Positions 33,782-44,892 of a stretch of 64,000 bases of DNA are shown one piece after another. This DNA is from an uncultured Chloroflexia bacterium. GTDB lineage: Bacteria > Chloroflexota > Anaerolineae > CG2-30-64-16. A model generated the notes under the pieces. That model was given only the letters and a program-made list of their open reading frames with translations. It had not been told where the DNA came from and did not search any database. The translations under genes were made by a program, and so were the position numbers. Each line of letters starts with the position of its first letter. Position 1 is the stretch's first letter. The stretch is from contig CAWEMM010000007.1 in assembly GCA_963810095.1 (NCBI GenBank), forward strand, positions 512,001-576,000. Reading direction: 5' to 3'.

Positions 33782-34204
33782 GTGTCGACCGAGAGCAATA
33801 AGGAATCCGTCCGCCGCTGGTTCTCGCTGCTCAGCCGCGAGAACTGGGAAGAGGCCATTCGCAGCGAGTGGCCGCCCGCGCCAATCGTCGACTGGTTTGT
33901 CGACATGCACAGGCCGTTTCGCGCCGCCTTTCCCGACTTTGCGTTTCGCATCGTGGACATCGTCGCCGAGGGTGACAAAGTCGTCGTGTTGGGTAAGGCG
34001 AGTGGCACCCACACGGCCGAGTTCGCGGTGGGCGAACTGAAGGGAATCCCGCCGAGCGGCAAGAAGCTCGAGTGGGACGAAGCGCAAGGGTATCGCTTCG
34101 AGAACGGGCAGTTCGCCGCCGGCTGGCTCGTGGTCGACGGCGTAAGCAGGCTGCAGCAGTTGGGCGTGCTGCCCGAGCCGGAGATGCAGCCGGGTCCGGC
34201 ATAG
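33782..34204 (+). CDS. SnoaL-like ester cyclase
   Basis: STESNKESVRR, AAFPD, IVAEGDKVV, GTHT, GIPPSGK, LQQLG; SD AGGAGG, GTG start. Confidence 0.9.
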   Translation: MSTESNKESVRRWFSLLSRENWEEAIRSEWPPAPIVDWFVDMHRPFRAAFPDFAFRIVDIVAEGDKVVVLGKASGTHTAEFAVGELKGIPPSGKKLEWDEAQGYRFENGQFAAGWLVVDGVSRLQQLGVLPEPEMQPGPA

Positions 34205-34340
34205 GCGCCAGCCCAGGCGTGCGCGCTACCGGCCGCGCACGCCTGGCCCGACCCACGGGAGCCTGAGCGGAAGTTTCGTCGCCGCGGGCCGGCGCCGCGA
34301 TCTAGCGACGCGTCTAGACTGGACGATCGGAGGTTAAAAG

Positions 34341-34817
34341 ATGGACATCGCACCGGTTCTGATCTCGCAGTACCTTGCTTCGCTCGCGATGCTCGAGCAG
34401 GCGATTGCGAAATGCCCGCAGTCGCTCTGGGATGTACCGGGCGAGCGCAACCCCTTCTGGCAGGTCGCCTACCATGCCCTCTTCTTCACCCACCTTTACC
34501 TCGGCGACTCCGAGGAGAGCTTTGTGCCCTGGACCCAGCACCGGGAGGGACACGAGGATTTCGGCGTGCCTGAGAGCCCGCAGTCGTACGACAAAGGCGG
34601 GGTCATGGCCTACCTCGCGTTCTGCCGGCAGTACGTCGCTGAGCGCGTGCCCCAGCTAAAGCTCGAGGAGACGGCGAACTTCCACAACCGGCGCCGGACC
34701 GTGCTCGAGCTTCAGATCTACTCCATCCGGCACGTGATGCAGCACACAGGCGAGCTCATGCAGCGCTTGAGCGGGCTCGACGAGGAGATCGACTGGGTGG
34801 GCTCGGTGTACGCGTGA
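34341..34817 (+). CDS. DinB family protein
   Basis: FWQVAYHALFF and YSIRHVMQHTGEL metal-binding histidines. Confidence 0.88.
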   Translation: MDIAPVLISQYLASLAMLEQAIAKCPQSLWDVPGERNPFWQVAYHALFFTHLYLGDSEESFVPWTQHREGHEDFGVPESPQSYDKGGVMAYLAFCRQYVAERVPQLKLEETANFHNRRRTVLELQIYSIRHVMQHTGELMQRLSGLDEEIDWVGSVYA

Positions 34818-34852
34818 GCGGGCGCGCCCCGGCCGTTCGGGCGTCTAGCACT

Positions 34853-35024
34853 CCGGCCCCAGCCTAATCCCCCGTACGGCGACTTGGCCGGGCGAACATC
34901 CACCCACGGCGTTGCCTTGGGGGTTCTAAGGGGCGCAGCCCGTGGACCGGGGCGCGGGGGGCAAGAGCACCCCGCCAGCCAGTCACGAGGCATCAGCTGA
35001 CAATTTCCCTGTGGCTGTACTTAA
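34853..35024. repeat. Dispersed ~170-bp intergenic repeat (MITE-like), copy 2
   Basis: Same orientation and block order as 12563-12734. Confidence 0.8.
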
Positions 35025-35267
35025 TTGCCACACCCGCCTTCATACTAATGGGTGAGAGCACGTCCGTAGCAATTGCGCGGCCAATATCAGACCGTCCTCC
35101 GATTCGCAATTTCCCATTTCATCGTATAGTGCGGCTGCCGCTCGAAGACCCGCCGCGCCAAGCAATACACCCATTAGGAACCCCATCTGCCATCGAGGCC
35201 GGCGACCGTTTTCCGAACGCCTTTGACGCGGTTTGCATATGCGTCTCTGGAGCATTGGGAGGCCACC

Positions 35268-37431
35268 ATGTTGAGCAGACGGAGTTTCATCAAGGTTATT
35301 GTGTCTGCGGGTGCCGGCGCGTTTCTGGTCGGGCGGCTGCCTGCGGACCTGGTCCGAGCCGAGGCGCTTACCAGGCATTCCGCTTCGCGCCGCACGCTGC
35401 GGCTGGCCGCACCGGGGGCCGCGCTCCCCGGCGGCACGCTCGCACCCGGCGACATCCCGAAGTTCAGCACGCCGCTGCTGATCCCCCCCGTCATGCCCAA
35501 AGCCGGCATGATCAAGCTGCGGGGCGGCAAGAACGCCGACTACTATGAAATTTCGACGAGGCAGTTCCAGCAGCAGATCCTGCCCGCGGGTCTGCCGCCG
35601 ACGACCGTCTGGGGTTACGGCGCGATCGCGTCGGCCAGCGCCGGCGGCCTGCTGATCCACAATGCACCTTCTCTGACGATCGAGGCGCGGTGGAACACGC
35701 CCGTGCGAATCAAGTGGATCAACGACCTGGTCGACGCGCAGGGTGACTATCTGCCGCATTTGTTGACAGTGGATCCGACGCTGCACTGGGCCAACCCCGG
35801 AGGTGGGATGACGGGTCGCGACATCCGCCCGTCGTTCGAAGAAACGCCAGAGCCGTACACTGGCCCCGTGCCGCTTGTTCCGCACGTTCACGGCGCAGTC
35901 GGCGTCGGCGACGAAAGTGATGGTTATGCCGAGGCGTGGTATCTGCCTGCGGCCAGGAACATCCCCGAGGGTTACGCGACCGAGGGCACATGGTACAACT
36001 TCTTCGCGAAGAAGGCCCAAGCGCGGTACGGGGCGACTTGGGGCCCCGGATACGCGACCTTCGAGTACCCGAACGAGAACCGTGCGTCGACGGTCTGGTA
36101 CCATGACCACGCCCTGGGGATGACGCGGCTGAACGTGTACGCGGGACCCGCGGGGTTTTTCCTCATCCGCGGCGGTCCCTCGGGCGACGGTGCGGTGCGG
36201 GATGGCCGTTTCGCGCGCTGGCGGCCTGCCGTGCTGCCCGGCCCGGCGCCGAAGGAGCACGACAAGTTCCCGGCGCAGAAGCCCTACTTCGAGATTCCCA
36301 TCGCCATCCAGGACCGGGCGTTCAACGCCGACGGGTCGCTGTTTTACCCGTCTTCGCGCGACTTCTTCGATGCGGCGACCGAGGAGCTGCCCGGCTTCGT
36401 GCCCGACACCGACCTGTCGCCGTTCTGGAACCCCGAGTTCTTCGGCAACTGCATCATGGTGAACGGCAATACCTGGCCGTATCTCGACGTTCAGAAACGG
36501 CGCTACCGCTTCCGCGTGCTCAACGGCTGCCAATCCCGCTTCCTGATCCTGGACTTCAGCGCCATCCCCGGGGTGGAGGTGTGGCAGATTGGCAACGAGG
36601 GCGGCTTCCTGCCCGCGCCGGTGAACCTGACCGCCCAGCACCACAGTCAGCTTTTGATGGCATTGGCCGAGCGCGCCGACCTCATCGTCGACTTCACCAA
36701 GGTGCCGGAGGGGAACTACGTGCTGCGCAATGCCGGCCCGGATGAGCCGTTTGGCGGCGAGCCGCTAGATCCCGACGTCATTGCCGATCCGGCGTCGACC
36801 GGGATGATCATGCAGTTCCGGGTTAAGCCGGCGGTCGGGATCGACCGGACGACCCCGCCGCGGTACCTGGAGCTTCCCGCGACCGAGCCGCTGCCCGCGC
36901 CCACGCGGAACGCGCAAGCTGGCCCTGATGGAGATGATGTCCATGTACTGGGACGGGCCGGCCGAGGCGATGCTCGGCACGGTGGGTGACGACGGCGTAC
37001 CCGTGGCCCGCATGTGGATGGAGGAGGTCACCGAGAATCCGGAGCCCGGCGACACCGAAATCTGGGAGATGTATAACTTCACCGGCGATGCGCACCCCAT
37101 GCACGTGCACGAGGTGACCTTCGAGGTGCTGAACCGGGAGAAGCTGGTTCTCACGCCGGAAGGCGAGCCGGCCGTCCCTGTGGCGCTGACTGGCGAGGTG
37201 CGACAGCCGGAACCCTGGGAGCTGGGCGTCAAGGACACGGTCATCGCGTATCCGGGCGAAGTGACCCGCATCAAGGCGCAGTTCCTCCACGCGGGCCAGT
37301 ACGTCTGGCACTGTCACATCGTCGAGCACGAGGATAACGAGATGATGCGTCCCTACCGCATCGGTCCGGTCCAGGACGGCCAGCCTGGGCCGATGCCAAT
37401 GAAGTCGAGCACGAGCGTCACGGCACCCTGA
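35268..37431 (+). CDS. Tat-exported multicopper oxidase (bilirubin oxidase/CotA-like); +1 frameshift near 36909
   Basis: SRRSFIK Tat motif; copper ligands HVHG, WYHDH, HPMHVH and WHCHIVEHEDNEMM. Confidence 0.93.
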
Positions 37432-37437
37432 GGCCCT

Positions 37438-37479
37438 TGCCGCCCCCTCCCTTCGCTTGCGCGAGGGGAGGGGGCGGCA
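37438..37479. terminator. Long hairpin between convergent genes (REP-like or bidirectional terminator)
   Basis: tgccgccccctcccttcgc-ttgc-gcgaggggagggggcggca, 19-bp stem with one G-U pair. Confidence 0.65.
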
Positions 37480-37497
37480 GAGCATTGGCAGAACACC

Positions 37498-38220
37498 TCA
37501 GCTTACTTCGATCTCCTGCACCCACTTCACCCAGTCCCCGCCGCTCTGATGCGGCAGCGCAGCGCGCACGGGGAATCCGTGCGAGACCGGCAGCGCCTCG
37601 CCCTCCCACTCGTAGGCCAGGAAGTTGTCTGCCGCCTGCGCCACGGCCAGCGACAACGTGCTCGTGCGGCCGTCCACTCCCGCAAACACCACCTGCGTCG
37701 CCTCCTCGAGCGGGCCGGCCAACGCCAGGACGCTGGCGAGCGACGCGCCCGCGAGGTTCGAGTGGTCCATGAAGTAGCCCGGACAGACGATGTCGACGGC
37801 TGCGCTGACTCTCGGGAGACAGCGGAGTTCGTCATACGTCAGGCTCAACTCGTGCGCCACCTGGCCCTTGACTGCCAGCCGGTAGGTTGTCACATCTACC
37901 ACCCGGGGCTCCGCCGTGACGTGCAGCCCCGTCGAGGGCTCGACATTCGTGTAGCCAGGGTAGGGGATGGGCGTCGGTGGGATGACCTTGGCAAGGCCCC
38001 CGAGGCAAGCACTGCTGGGCGTCGCGGCGGCAGCCGCGGGCGCAGTGGTTGGCGTCGGCAGAGCGGGCGCCGCTGTCCCGCCGGCCGTGGCCTCGGCTGG
38101 TGCGGATCCCGCTGGCGGCAGCCGGGTGCACCCCGCTGCTAACAGTGCGAGCGCCTGCGCGGCGCCTAGCAGTGCGGTGCGGCGGCTGACTATCCGAACA
38201 GGGGGTTTGGGGCGGTTCAT
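37498..38220 (-). CDS. Molybdopterin-dependent oxidoreductase (sulfite oxidase/MsrP-like), Tat lipoprotein
   Basis: SRRTALL...LAAGC; Mo-ligand Cys in IVCPG; HGFPVR; WVKWV. Confidence 0.88.
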   Translation of the reverse strand: MNRPKPPVRIVSRRTALLGAAQALALLAAGCTRLPPAGSAPAEATAGGTAAPALPTPTTAPAAAAATPSSACLGGLAKVIPPTPIPYPGYTNVEPSTGLHVTAEPRVVDVTTYRLAVKGQVAHELSLTYDELRCLPRVSAAVDIVCPGYFMDHSNLAGASLASVLALAGPLEEATQVVFAGVDGRTSTLSLAVAQAADNFLAYEWEGEALPVSHGFPVRAALPHQSGGDWVKWVQEIEVS

Positions 38221-38422
38221 CGATCCCTCCAGGCGAACGTGCATGGGGGCTGGCTGGTGGCAGCATAGCGCAGCCGAATGCCCCTGTCAACTGCTCCAAG
38301 CAACGACTCTTGCCCCAGGCACACGGACGCGCGTCGCGCCGGAGCAACCGAGGGAGATCGCTTTTCGCCGAGGATGTCTTTTGCGCCCGCAATTGGCACG
38401 CCTGGCGGCCGGGTTGAGGGAG

Positions 38423-38451
38423 TTGCCATAAGGGGGAAGCAGGTGTAGTAT
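38423..38451 (+). promoter_or_regulatory. Promoter for a probably leaderless XRE regulator mRNA
   Basis: TTGCCA-N17-TAGTAT, ending 7 nt before the ATG at 38459. Confidence 0.6.
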
Positions 38452-38458
38452 ACCGAGC

Positions 38459-38830
38459 ATGGCTACAAAACGGAACCGAGGGAACATCATTCAGGACGAA
38501 GTGGGCGTCCGGCTGCGCGACGCCCGGCGAGCGGCGAAGCTTTCTCAGGATGAGGTGGGGCGGCGGCTCGGGCTTTCGCGGGCGGGCTACGGGCATCTGG
38601 AGGACGGCACGCGCTCGATGACCCTGGACGATCTCGTAAACCTGGCGCGGATCGTGGCGCAGTCTCCCGCGTACCTGCTCGGCCTGGAGGGCGACCTTAC
38701 GCCCGACGAGGACCGCCTGCTGACGGCCTACCGTTCGATCGACTCTGAACGGCAGCGCAGGCTGATTGTCGACCTGGCCGTTCTGGCCGCCCGGCCGGAA
38801 GGCGAACCCGAACCCGAACCCGAATCCTGA
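38459..38830 (+). CDS. XRE-family HTH transcriptional regulator
   Basis: GVRLRDARRAAKLSQDEVGRRLGLSRAGYGHLEDG; YLLG; LTPDEDRLLTAYR. Confidence 0.92.
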   Translation: MATKRNRGNIIQDEVGVRLRDARRAAKLSQDEVGRRLGLSRAGYGHLEDGTRSMTLDDLVNLARIVAQSPAYLLGLEGDLTPDEDRLLTAYRSIDSERQRRLIVDLAVLAARPEGEPEPEPES

Positions 38831-38884
38831 AACCTTGGACCGGCAAACGGGGCGCCGTCCGCCCCGTTTGCTGTGGCGCCCCGC

Positions 38885-39859
38885 TTAGTTGCCCGGCTTT
38901 GCGCAGCGGAATCCGACAATCGCGCTCACGAATGTCGGCATGATGGCCCCACGGTAAGCGGTCCGGGTGTCGTCGGCCGCGTTCGCGTTGGAGAAGCTGC
39001 CCCCACGCGCCACCTTGTTCACCCCGTCGTTGGGCCCCAACGGATCGGCGGGCGGCGAACTGCTGTAGTAGCTCGCGTTCCACCAGTCGCGCACCCATTC
39101 GTAGACGTTCCCTGCCATGTCCAGCACCTCGTAAGGGCTCGCGCCTGCGGGATAGCTGCCCACCGCGTTCGTGTCGCCCAGGCAGGAGCGGTGGGTGGCG
39201 CCGTCGTAGTAGTTCGCCAACGTGCAGTCTGGCCGGGCGTCGCCCCAGGGATAGGCGCGCGTATCGGCCGAGCCGCGTGCAGCCTTCTCCCACTCCGCCT
39301 CGGTCGGCAGCCGCTTTCCCTTCCATTGGCAGTAGGTGTTGGCCTGGTGCCAGGTTACGTTGATCACGGGGTAGTTGCCGTAGGCCGGGTTGCTGTAGTA
39401 CACGGGGCGGGTGGTCGACGTATTGTAGGCCGGCTTCGCGCAGACGCCCGCGGCCACGCACTTTGCATATTCCGCATTCGTCACCTCGGTGCGGTCTATG
39501 CGGAACGCGCTGAGTGTGACCGTGTGCAGCGGGAGCTCGGCGTTCGGGCAGGGATAGCCCCCATTGTGGGCCGGATCGCACCCCATCTGGAAGGGACCCG
39601 CGGGCACCAGGGCCGGCGGCGCAGGCGTCGGTGAAGGAGTGGGGGTCGCAGTCGGCGTGGGCGTTGGGGGCGCCGGCGTGACGGCGAACGATGTTTCCAG
39701 GCCCAGCAGGGGCAGGTAGATGGACGGGCCCCCGGTCGATCTCAATGTCGCCGGCGTCGAGCCCTGGCCCGCAACGGGCTGGGCCAGCGCGAACAGAACG
39801 CCTGCCGCAGCGGCGACCAGGGCGCCGGCCGCCAGCCATGTCGGATGCACACCTCTCAT
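38885..39859 (-). CDS. Secreted FGE-sulfatase (SUMF1/EgtB/PvdO) domain protein
   Basis: [47 protein letters not shown]; Pro/Thr linker. Confidence 0.93.
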   Translation of the reverse strand: MRGVHPTWLAAGALVAAAAGVLFALAQPVAGQGSTPATLRSTGGPSIYLPLLGLETSFAVTPAPPTPTPTATPTPSPTPAPPALVPAGPFQMGCDPAHNGGYPCPNAELPLHTVTLSAFRIDRTEVTNAEYAKCVAAGVCAKPAYNTSTTRPVYYSNPAYGNYPVINVTWHQANTYCQWKGKRLPTEAEWEKAARGSADTRAYPWGDARPDCTLANYYDGATHRSCLGDTNAVGSYPAGASPYEVLDMAGNVYEWVRDWWNASYYSSSPPADPLGPNDGVNKVARGGSFSNANAADDTRTAYRGAIMPTFVSAIVGFRCAKPGN

Positions 39860-40141
39860 GAAAATTCCTCTCTGCCTCGCGCACCCGGACAACTCGGTGG
39901 AGGCGACCCTGTGGGACCTCAGGATTATAAGGGCGCGGTCCGCGGCGCGTCAAGCAATCACTTGCATCAGCGTCCCTTTTCAGATCAGCGCCCTTATTCG
40001 GGGGTGGCTGAGCTATAATGGGGCAGTGGGTTGCGCGGATGCGCGCGGACCCGCTGCCAACCGCCTACCGGGACCGTCTCCTTCGTCGTAACGGAGACCA
40101 CCCCTGCAGGCCCCGCTCGCGGCTGTGGGAGGCTGCATCTC

Positions 40142-40939
40142 GTGACCCAAGCCCTGAGAACCACCGTGCTCGCGCTTCGGGGCGGCCTGCGCGCCGGCCT
40201 TGGGAACCTCTCGCCGCTCGTCGTGGCGTGGCTGCTTGCCCTGGCGGTGATGCCCGTCACCCAGTGGTCGGCGGGCCACCTGGGCCTCGTCGCGTGCGTG
40301 TTCCTCGGGGTGCTGCTCCAGGCGTCGCTCGTGGTGATGTTTCTCGCCCAGGCCGCCGGCGTTCGCCGGGCGACGGTCGTCTCGCTGACGGTCGTGGCCG
40401 CGGCGTGGGCGTTCGAGGTGTTGGGCTCGCACACGGGCGTGCCGTTCGGCGCGTACCACTACACGGCCGGGCTGCAGCCCCAGATACTTGGCGTGCCGCT
40501 GCTCGTCCCCCTGGCCTGGCTGATGATGCTGCCGCCGGCCTGGGCCGTCGCACAGCGGATCACAGGCCGCCGCTCCGGGCTGGCGTTTGTTGTGACAAGC
40601 AGCCTCGCGTTCTGCGCGTGGGACCTGTTCCTCGATCCCCAGATGGTGCTCTGGCGGCTGTGGACGTGGGACGGGCCCGGCGCGTACTTCGGCGTCCCGC
40701 TGCTCAACTTCGGCGGCTGGCTGCTGGTGTCAGCCCTCATCACAGTGATCGCCCGCCCCCCTGCCCTGCCAGGCAAGCCGCTCCTGGTCATTTACACCCT
40801 CACCTGGCTCATCGAGGTCGTCGGACAGGTGGTGTTCTGGCGGCTTTACGGTCCCGCGGCGTGGGGCTTCGCCGGCATGGGCCTGTTCGTATGGCTGGCG
40901 TGGAGAAGACCGCGCGCGCTCTCTGAGCGCATCCCTTGA
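40142..40939 (+). CDS. Carotenoid biosynthesis protein (CruF/DUF422 hydratase-like)
   Basis: EVLGSHTGVPFGAYHY, GVPLLVPLAW, WDLFLDP, GVPLLNFGGW. Confidence 0.88.
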   Translation: MTQALRTTVLALRGGLRAGLGNLSPLVVAWLLALAVMPVTQWSAGHLGLVACVFLGVLLQASLVVMFLAQAAGVRRATVVSLTVVAAAWAFEVLGSHTGVPFGAYHYTAGLQPQILGVPLLVPLAWLMMLPPAWAVAQRITGRRSGLAFVVTSSLAFCAWDLFLDPQMVLWRLWTWDGPGAYFGVPLLNFGGWLLVSALITVIARPPALPGKPLLVIYTLTWLIEVVGQVVFWRLYGPAAWGFAGMGLFVWLAWRRPRALSERIP

Positions 40940-40998
40940 ATCCTTGCGGGCTACTCCCCGAGGTGCGGCCCGCAAGGATAATCATATCCCGGCCGGCG

Positions 40999-42771
40999 TC
41001 ACCAGCGGCTGACGTCAAACAGGCTCTGGAGCACCTGCTTGCGTTCGGCGGGGGTGGCCCAGCGCAATTGGAAGTTCTTGTCGATGACCGTGACCAGCAG
41101 CTCCGTGTTGATCAGCTTGCCGTCGTAGATCGTGTGCCGGGCCACCAGGCCGGTGCGAGTCGGCCAGCTCCACGTCTGGTCGAAGTAGAGGTTGCCTAAC
41201 CCGTACAGGATGAGCCCGTTGTCGCGCAGCTCCAGGGCCTGCGGCGCGTGCGCCATTACGCCGGTGACCACATCCGCCCCCGCGTCACTCAGGCCGCGGA
41301 AGTCGATCTCGGCCTGGTCGTTCGGCACATTCACGTACTCGCCCTTGTAGTTTGTCTCGAGATGCTGCACCTCGGCAAACACGACGTCGACCTTCGGCTT
41401 AAGTTCGCGGATCTGGGCTTGCATTGTGGCCAGGTCGAACTTGGCCGACCCCGGCTTGTCGGGGCCGGCCCACGCCACCGGCGGCCCATACTGGTTCGCT
41501 GCAACGAAGGCGATACGGTTGCCGTTGTGTTCCAGCACGAGGGGCACCGCGGCTTCCTTCTCGTTCGCGCCGCCGCCGTAGACCGGGACGTTCTTGGCCT
41601 TGTACAGGGCCAGCGTGTCGATGATCGCCTTCCGGCCGAAGTCAAGCAGGTGGTTGCCGCTCAGCCCCACAGCGTCCACGCCTGACAGCGCCAGGTTCTC
41701 CCAGTACTCGGGTTTCGAGCAGAGCACCAGGAGATTCGGGCTGTCGTTCGCCACGCAACCTTCCGCGAACGGAATCTCGTTGCTGATCGTCGTGATGTCG
41801 GCTGCGGCCAGCTCGGGCCCCACTTTGCGTGCGAGAAAGCCGGGGTCGCCCGACTTCTCGATCGCGACGGCCGAGTTGCGGGCCATTGCCGTCACCCCGG
41901 TCATGGCCACGACGGTCAGCTTGGCGGGATCACGATTCGTGGCCGGGAGACTTTGTGTCGCGGCAATCGCTTCGCGGCCGCGGTCCGTGAGCGCGATGAA
42001 GGCGGCGCGTGCCGTGAGCGGCCACTCCTCGGCTTTGAACCGGTTGTCAGTGGGCGACTGACCGTCCAGCGCCAGCGCGGCCAGCCGAACGTCGAGCGCA
42101 TCGAACGCCACAATCCCGATCGACTCTTTGTCGCCCCACACCGCGCCGTCGAGCTCGCCGGCGGGCACGGGCCGGACGTTCGCGCCGGGCTCGCCGAGCA
42201 GCCGCGCCAGCAGGGGGACGGTATCCGCGGCCGCGTAGATCGTTCTGAAGCCGGCCGGCTTGCCCGACCCCTGCCACACCGTCTTCAGCTCGTCCAGGCG
42301 GATTTCGTCCTGCACGCTTGAAAGCCGGGTGACCGGGACGAAGACCCGCTCCCACGCCGGGTGAGCGCCTTCCCCGCCGGGGTTCACAAGCTGCAGGTCG
42401 GGCTGCTCCGTTACCTGCTCGGCAGCGATGCCTGCGCCGGCCAGGGCGGCCAGCACTGCCTCCAGCGCGCCCGCCGGCGCGTCGGGTGCAACGCCGAGGC
42501 GGAGCAACGGCGCCACGGTGGGCGCAGGCGTGTCGGTGGGTGCTGGTGTGCCGGTCGGCGCCCGCGTCTCTGTCGGTGCAGTGGTGGCAGTAGGTGCCAG
42601 GGTGGCTGCCGGTGACGGCGGGGGCGTCAGCGCCGGCTCGGTGGGAGCCGCGGGCTGGCTCGTCGCAAGGGCGAGGGTGGGTTGCGCGGGTGCAGGCATG
42701 CCGGTGCACGCCGCCAACAGGGCGACGACGAGTGCAAGCAGGCCGGCGAAGAGACAAACTCGCGATGCCAT
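40999..42771 (-). CDS. CapA (PGA_cap) family metallophosphoesterase-like lipoprotein
   Basis: Lipobox LAAC; Pro/Thr linker; SNEIPF, LSGNHLLDFG, GADVVTGVMAH, YGLGNLYFDQ. Confidence 0.9.
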   Translation of the reverse strand: MASRVCLFAGLLALVVALLAACTGMPAPAQPTLALATSQPAAPTEPALTPPPSPAATLAPTATTAPTETRAPTGTPAPTDTPAPTVAPLLRLGVAPDAPAGALEAVLAALAGAGIAAEQVTEQPDLQLVNPGGEGAHPAWERVFVPVTRLSSVQDEIRLDELKTVWQGSGKPAGFRTIYAAADTVPLLARLLGEPGANVRPVPAGELDGAVWGDKESIGIVAFDALDVRLAALALDGQSPTDNRFKAEEWPLTARAAFIALTDRGREAIAATQSLPATNRDPAKLTVVAMTGVTAMARNSAVAIEKSGDPGFLARKVGPELAAADITTISNEIPFAEGCVANDSPNLLVLCSKPEYWENLALSGVDAVGLSGNHLLDFGRKAIIDTLALYKAKNVPVYGGGANEKEAAVPLVLEHNGNRIAFVAANQYGPPVAWAGPDKPGSAKFDLATMQAQIRELKPKVDVVFAEVQHLETNYKGEYVNVPNDQAEIDFRGLSDAGADVVTGVMAHAPQALELRDNGLILYGLGNLYFDQTWSWPTRTGLVARHTIYDGKLINTELLVTVIDKNFQLRWATPAERKQVLQSLFDVSRW

Positions 42772-42860
42772 GGCGTGCGATTCCTCAACGGGTTGATGGG
42801 GTGCGAACTCTGAAACGAACGGCCGGGCCGCCGGCTCGCTTGACCGGCGGTCCGGGACGA

Positions 42861-43768
42861 TCAGTCCGGGGTTGGCGCGAGTGCCTCGCAGGTCCGCTCG
42901 AGCAGCCCGCGCAACTCCGTCAGTTCGTCTGCGCTCAGGCAGTCCCACGGCCGGTAGAAGTAGGCGTCGCGCGTCGCCAGTGCCTCCTCGCGCACGCCGC
43001 GGCCCTCATCCGTCACCACGTATCCCGCCGGGCTGCCTGTGACCCAGCCACGGTCGATCAACTCCTGGATGGCGGCTGCGTACGCCTCCCGCGAATAGCC
43101 GCGGAGTTCGCTCAGCCTCTCGCATACCTCGTCCAGCGTCGTCGCCGCGCCCTGCCAGAGCAGCCCCGACGCCTCCCACGCTTGCCCGCTCACGCCGTAC
43201 GCCTCGCGCACGGCCAGCCTCGCGTCGTCCCGGTAAGCAACGAGGTCGCTCAGATACTGGTCCAGGCGCTCCATGACCGGCGCATCGGGCCCGGGGTCGT
43301 AGTGCCGCTCGACGCGCAGGCACCACTTGCCGGGGGGCTCAGGCGCGGCCAGGCAGGCGTCCGACACTCGCTGCAGCAGGTGCGCGAGGCGGAGCAGGTC
43401 GGCGGCGGGCAGCGGCGCCAGGTCGTTCAAGGCAGCCCAAGCGGTCTGGATGAGATGCTCGACGCCCGCGTGCCCTTTCTCGGTCAGGCGGTAATCGCCC
43501 GCCGGGCCCGGCTCGAGCAGGCCAAGCCGCACACCCTTCGCCGAGCGCGGCATCCAGCTTGGCGGGCGCAACTTGCGCGCCGCGCACGTGCAGCAGGCGC
43601 GCCGATACGGGCTCGGGCTCGAAAATGCGGGCGGCCATCAGCCAGCCATACCATTCCCCCAGCGGGATGCCAAGCTCGGCGGCGGCCCGGTCGATCTTCG
43701 GGACCATAATGGGCCGTGAGCGAGTCCAGGGTCTTCCAGACCAGGGGCCACAATTCGAGGTCGTTCAT
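42861..43768 (-). CDS. Hypothetical protein with tandem winged-helix-like domains; two +1 frameshifts (near 43700 and 43542)
   Basis: Three frames join: MNDLELWPLVW...HYG / PKIDRAAAEL...DAAL / AKGVRLGLLE...YRLTEKG...ELIDRGWV...VTDEG; SD GGAGG. Confidence 0.7.
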
Positions 43769-43807
43769 GCGCACCCTCCATTGCGATGCGGTAGATCACG
43801 GGTGATA

Positions 43808-43849
43808 CATCACGTATGATGCATCATGCATGATGCATCATACGTGATG
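43808..43849. repeat. Perfect 42-bp palindrome built from 7-bp units
   Basis: catcacgtatgatgcatcatg|catgatgcatcatacgtgatg, no spacer. Confidence 0.95.
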
Positions 43850-43938
43850 CGAGCACCTGAGGACAGCATTATAGCGCGCGAGGGCCCCGCGGGGAAGGCG
43901 CCGGCCGGGCGCGCAGACCCGGCCGGCGGCATCGACGC

Positions 43939-44892
43939 TTAGCCTTCCAGCGGGGAGGCGGGCGGCGGCACGAGCGGCGCGGCCGGCGCCGTCATCTCCC
44001 GATAAGCGAGCGTCCAGGTGGCCGAGGTGAACGTGGTGATGATCGCACCCACGATAGCCGCCAGTACGACGCCCACCAGGCCCACGCCGCACAGCGGCAC
44101 GAGCAGCAGCGAGTTAGTGTTGTTTGCCGCGTTGCCGAACATCGCGGCCAGCGGCAGCATAATCGGCACCATAATGGCGAGCGTCACCGCGCCGACGATC
44201 AGACCCAGCACGAGGAATACGATCCAGAGCAGGACCGTCGGCCCCAAGTTGGTGCGCAGCACCCGCCAGCCTCGGCCGAATGCGTCGATCCAGCCCAGGT
44301 TTTCCAGCATCGCGGCCCGTTCAGCGTAAATCCGGATCTGGGCCAGCACGGCCGCCACGACGATCAGCAGGCAGACGGAGGGGCAGATGCAGGCCAACAG
44401 CCCGCCAATTACGGGGCCAACCGCGTTGTCGCCGCGTGCCCCCACCAGTGCGGCCCCCCCGGCCACGAGGAAGATGCCGATGACCATGACGATCGAGATG
44501 ACGATGATCGGCAGGACCGACAGCACCCCGATGCCGAACAGCGTCCAGAAGCGTCGCTGGCCGGCGGTCCAGGCTTCGCCCAGCGTCGTGCGGCCTTCCG
44601 CCTCAACCTGGGCCACGCCCACGATCAACCCGCCGCGCGCCATGACGGAGATCACGAACAGCGCGATGGCGACGATGATGCCCAGGCAGGCCAGCCCGAC
44701 GAGCAGGCCCTCTGCCGCGGGCACGTTGATGTTCGGGAGGTTCATGTTCTGCAAATCGCTGGAGGAGAAGCGGTACGAGCTGTTCGCGCCGCTGGTGCCC
44801 TGGCCCAGCGCTGCCAGGAATCCGAGGATCCAAAGCACCTTCCACCGCCAGGAAATCTGCCACGCCCGGCTGAGCGTCCTGCCAATGTCCAT
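43939..44892 (-). CDS. Multi-pass membrane protein of unknown function
   Basis: MDIGRTLSRAWQISWRWKVLWILG; about 6 TM helices; SD AGGAG. Confidence 0.85.
   Translation of the reverse strand: MDIGRTLSRAWQISWRWKVLWILGFLAALGQGTSGANSSYRFSSSDLQNMNLPNINVPAAEGLLVGLACLGIIVAIALFVISVMARGGLIVGVAQVEAEGRTTLGEAWTAGQRRFWTLFGIGVLSVLPIIVISIVMVIGIFLVAGGAALVGARGDNAVGPVIGGLLACICPSVCLLIVVAAVLAQIRIYAERAAMLENLGWIDAFGRGWRVLRTNLGPTVLLWIVFLVLGLIVGAVTLAIMVPIMLPLAAMFGNAANNTNSLLLVPLCGVGLVGVVLAAIVGAIITTFTSATWTLAYREMTAPAAPLVPPPASPLEG

Noticed and set aside
38885-39100. Diversity-generating retroelement target (FGE/C-type lectin fold C-terminus)
   Set aside because: No template repeat copy or reverse transcriptase seen in the window.
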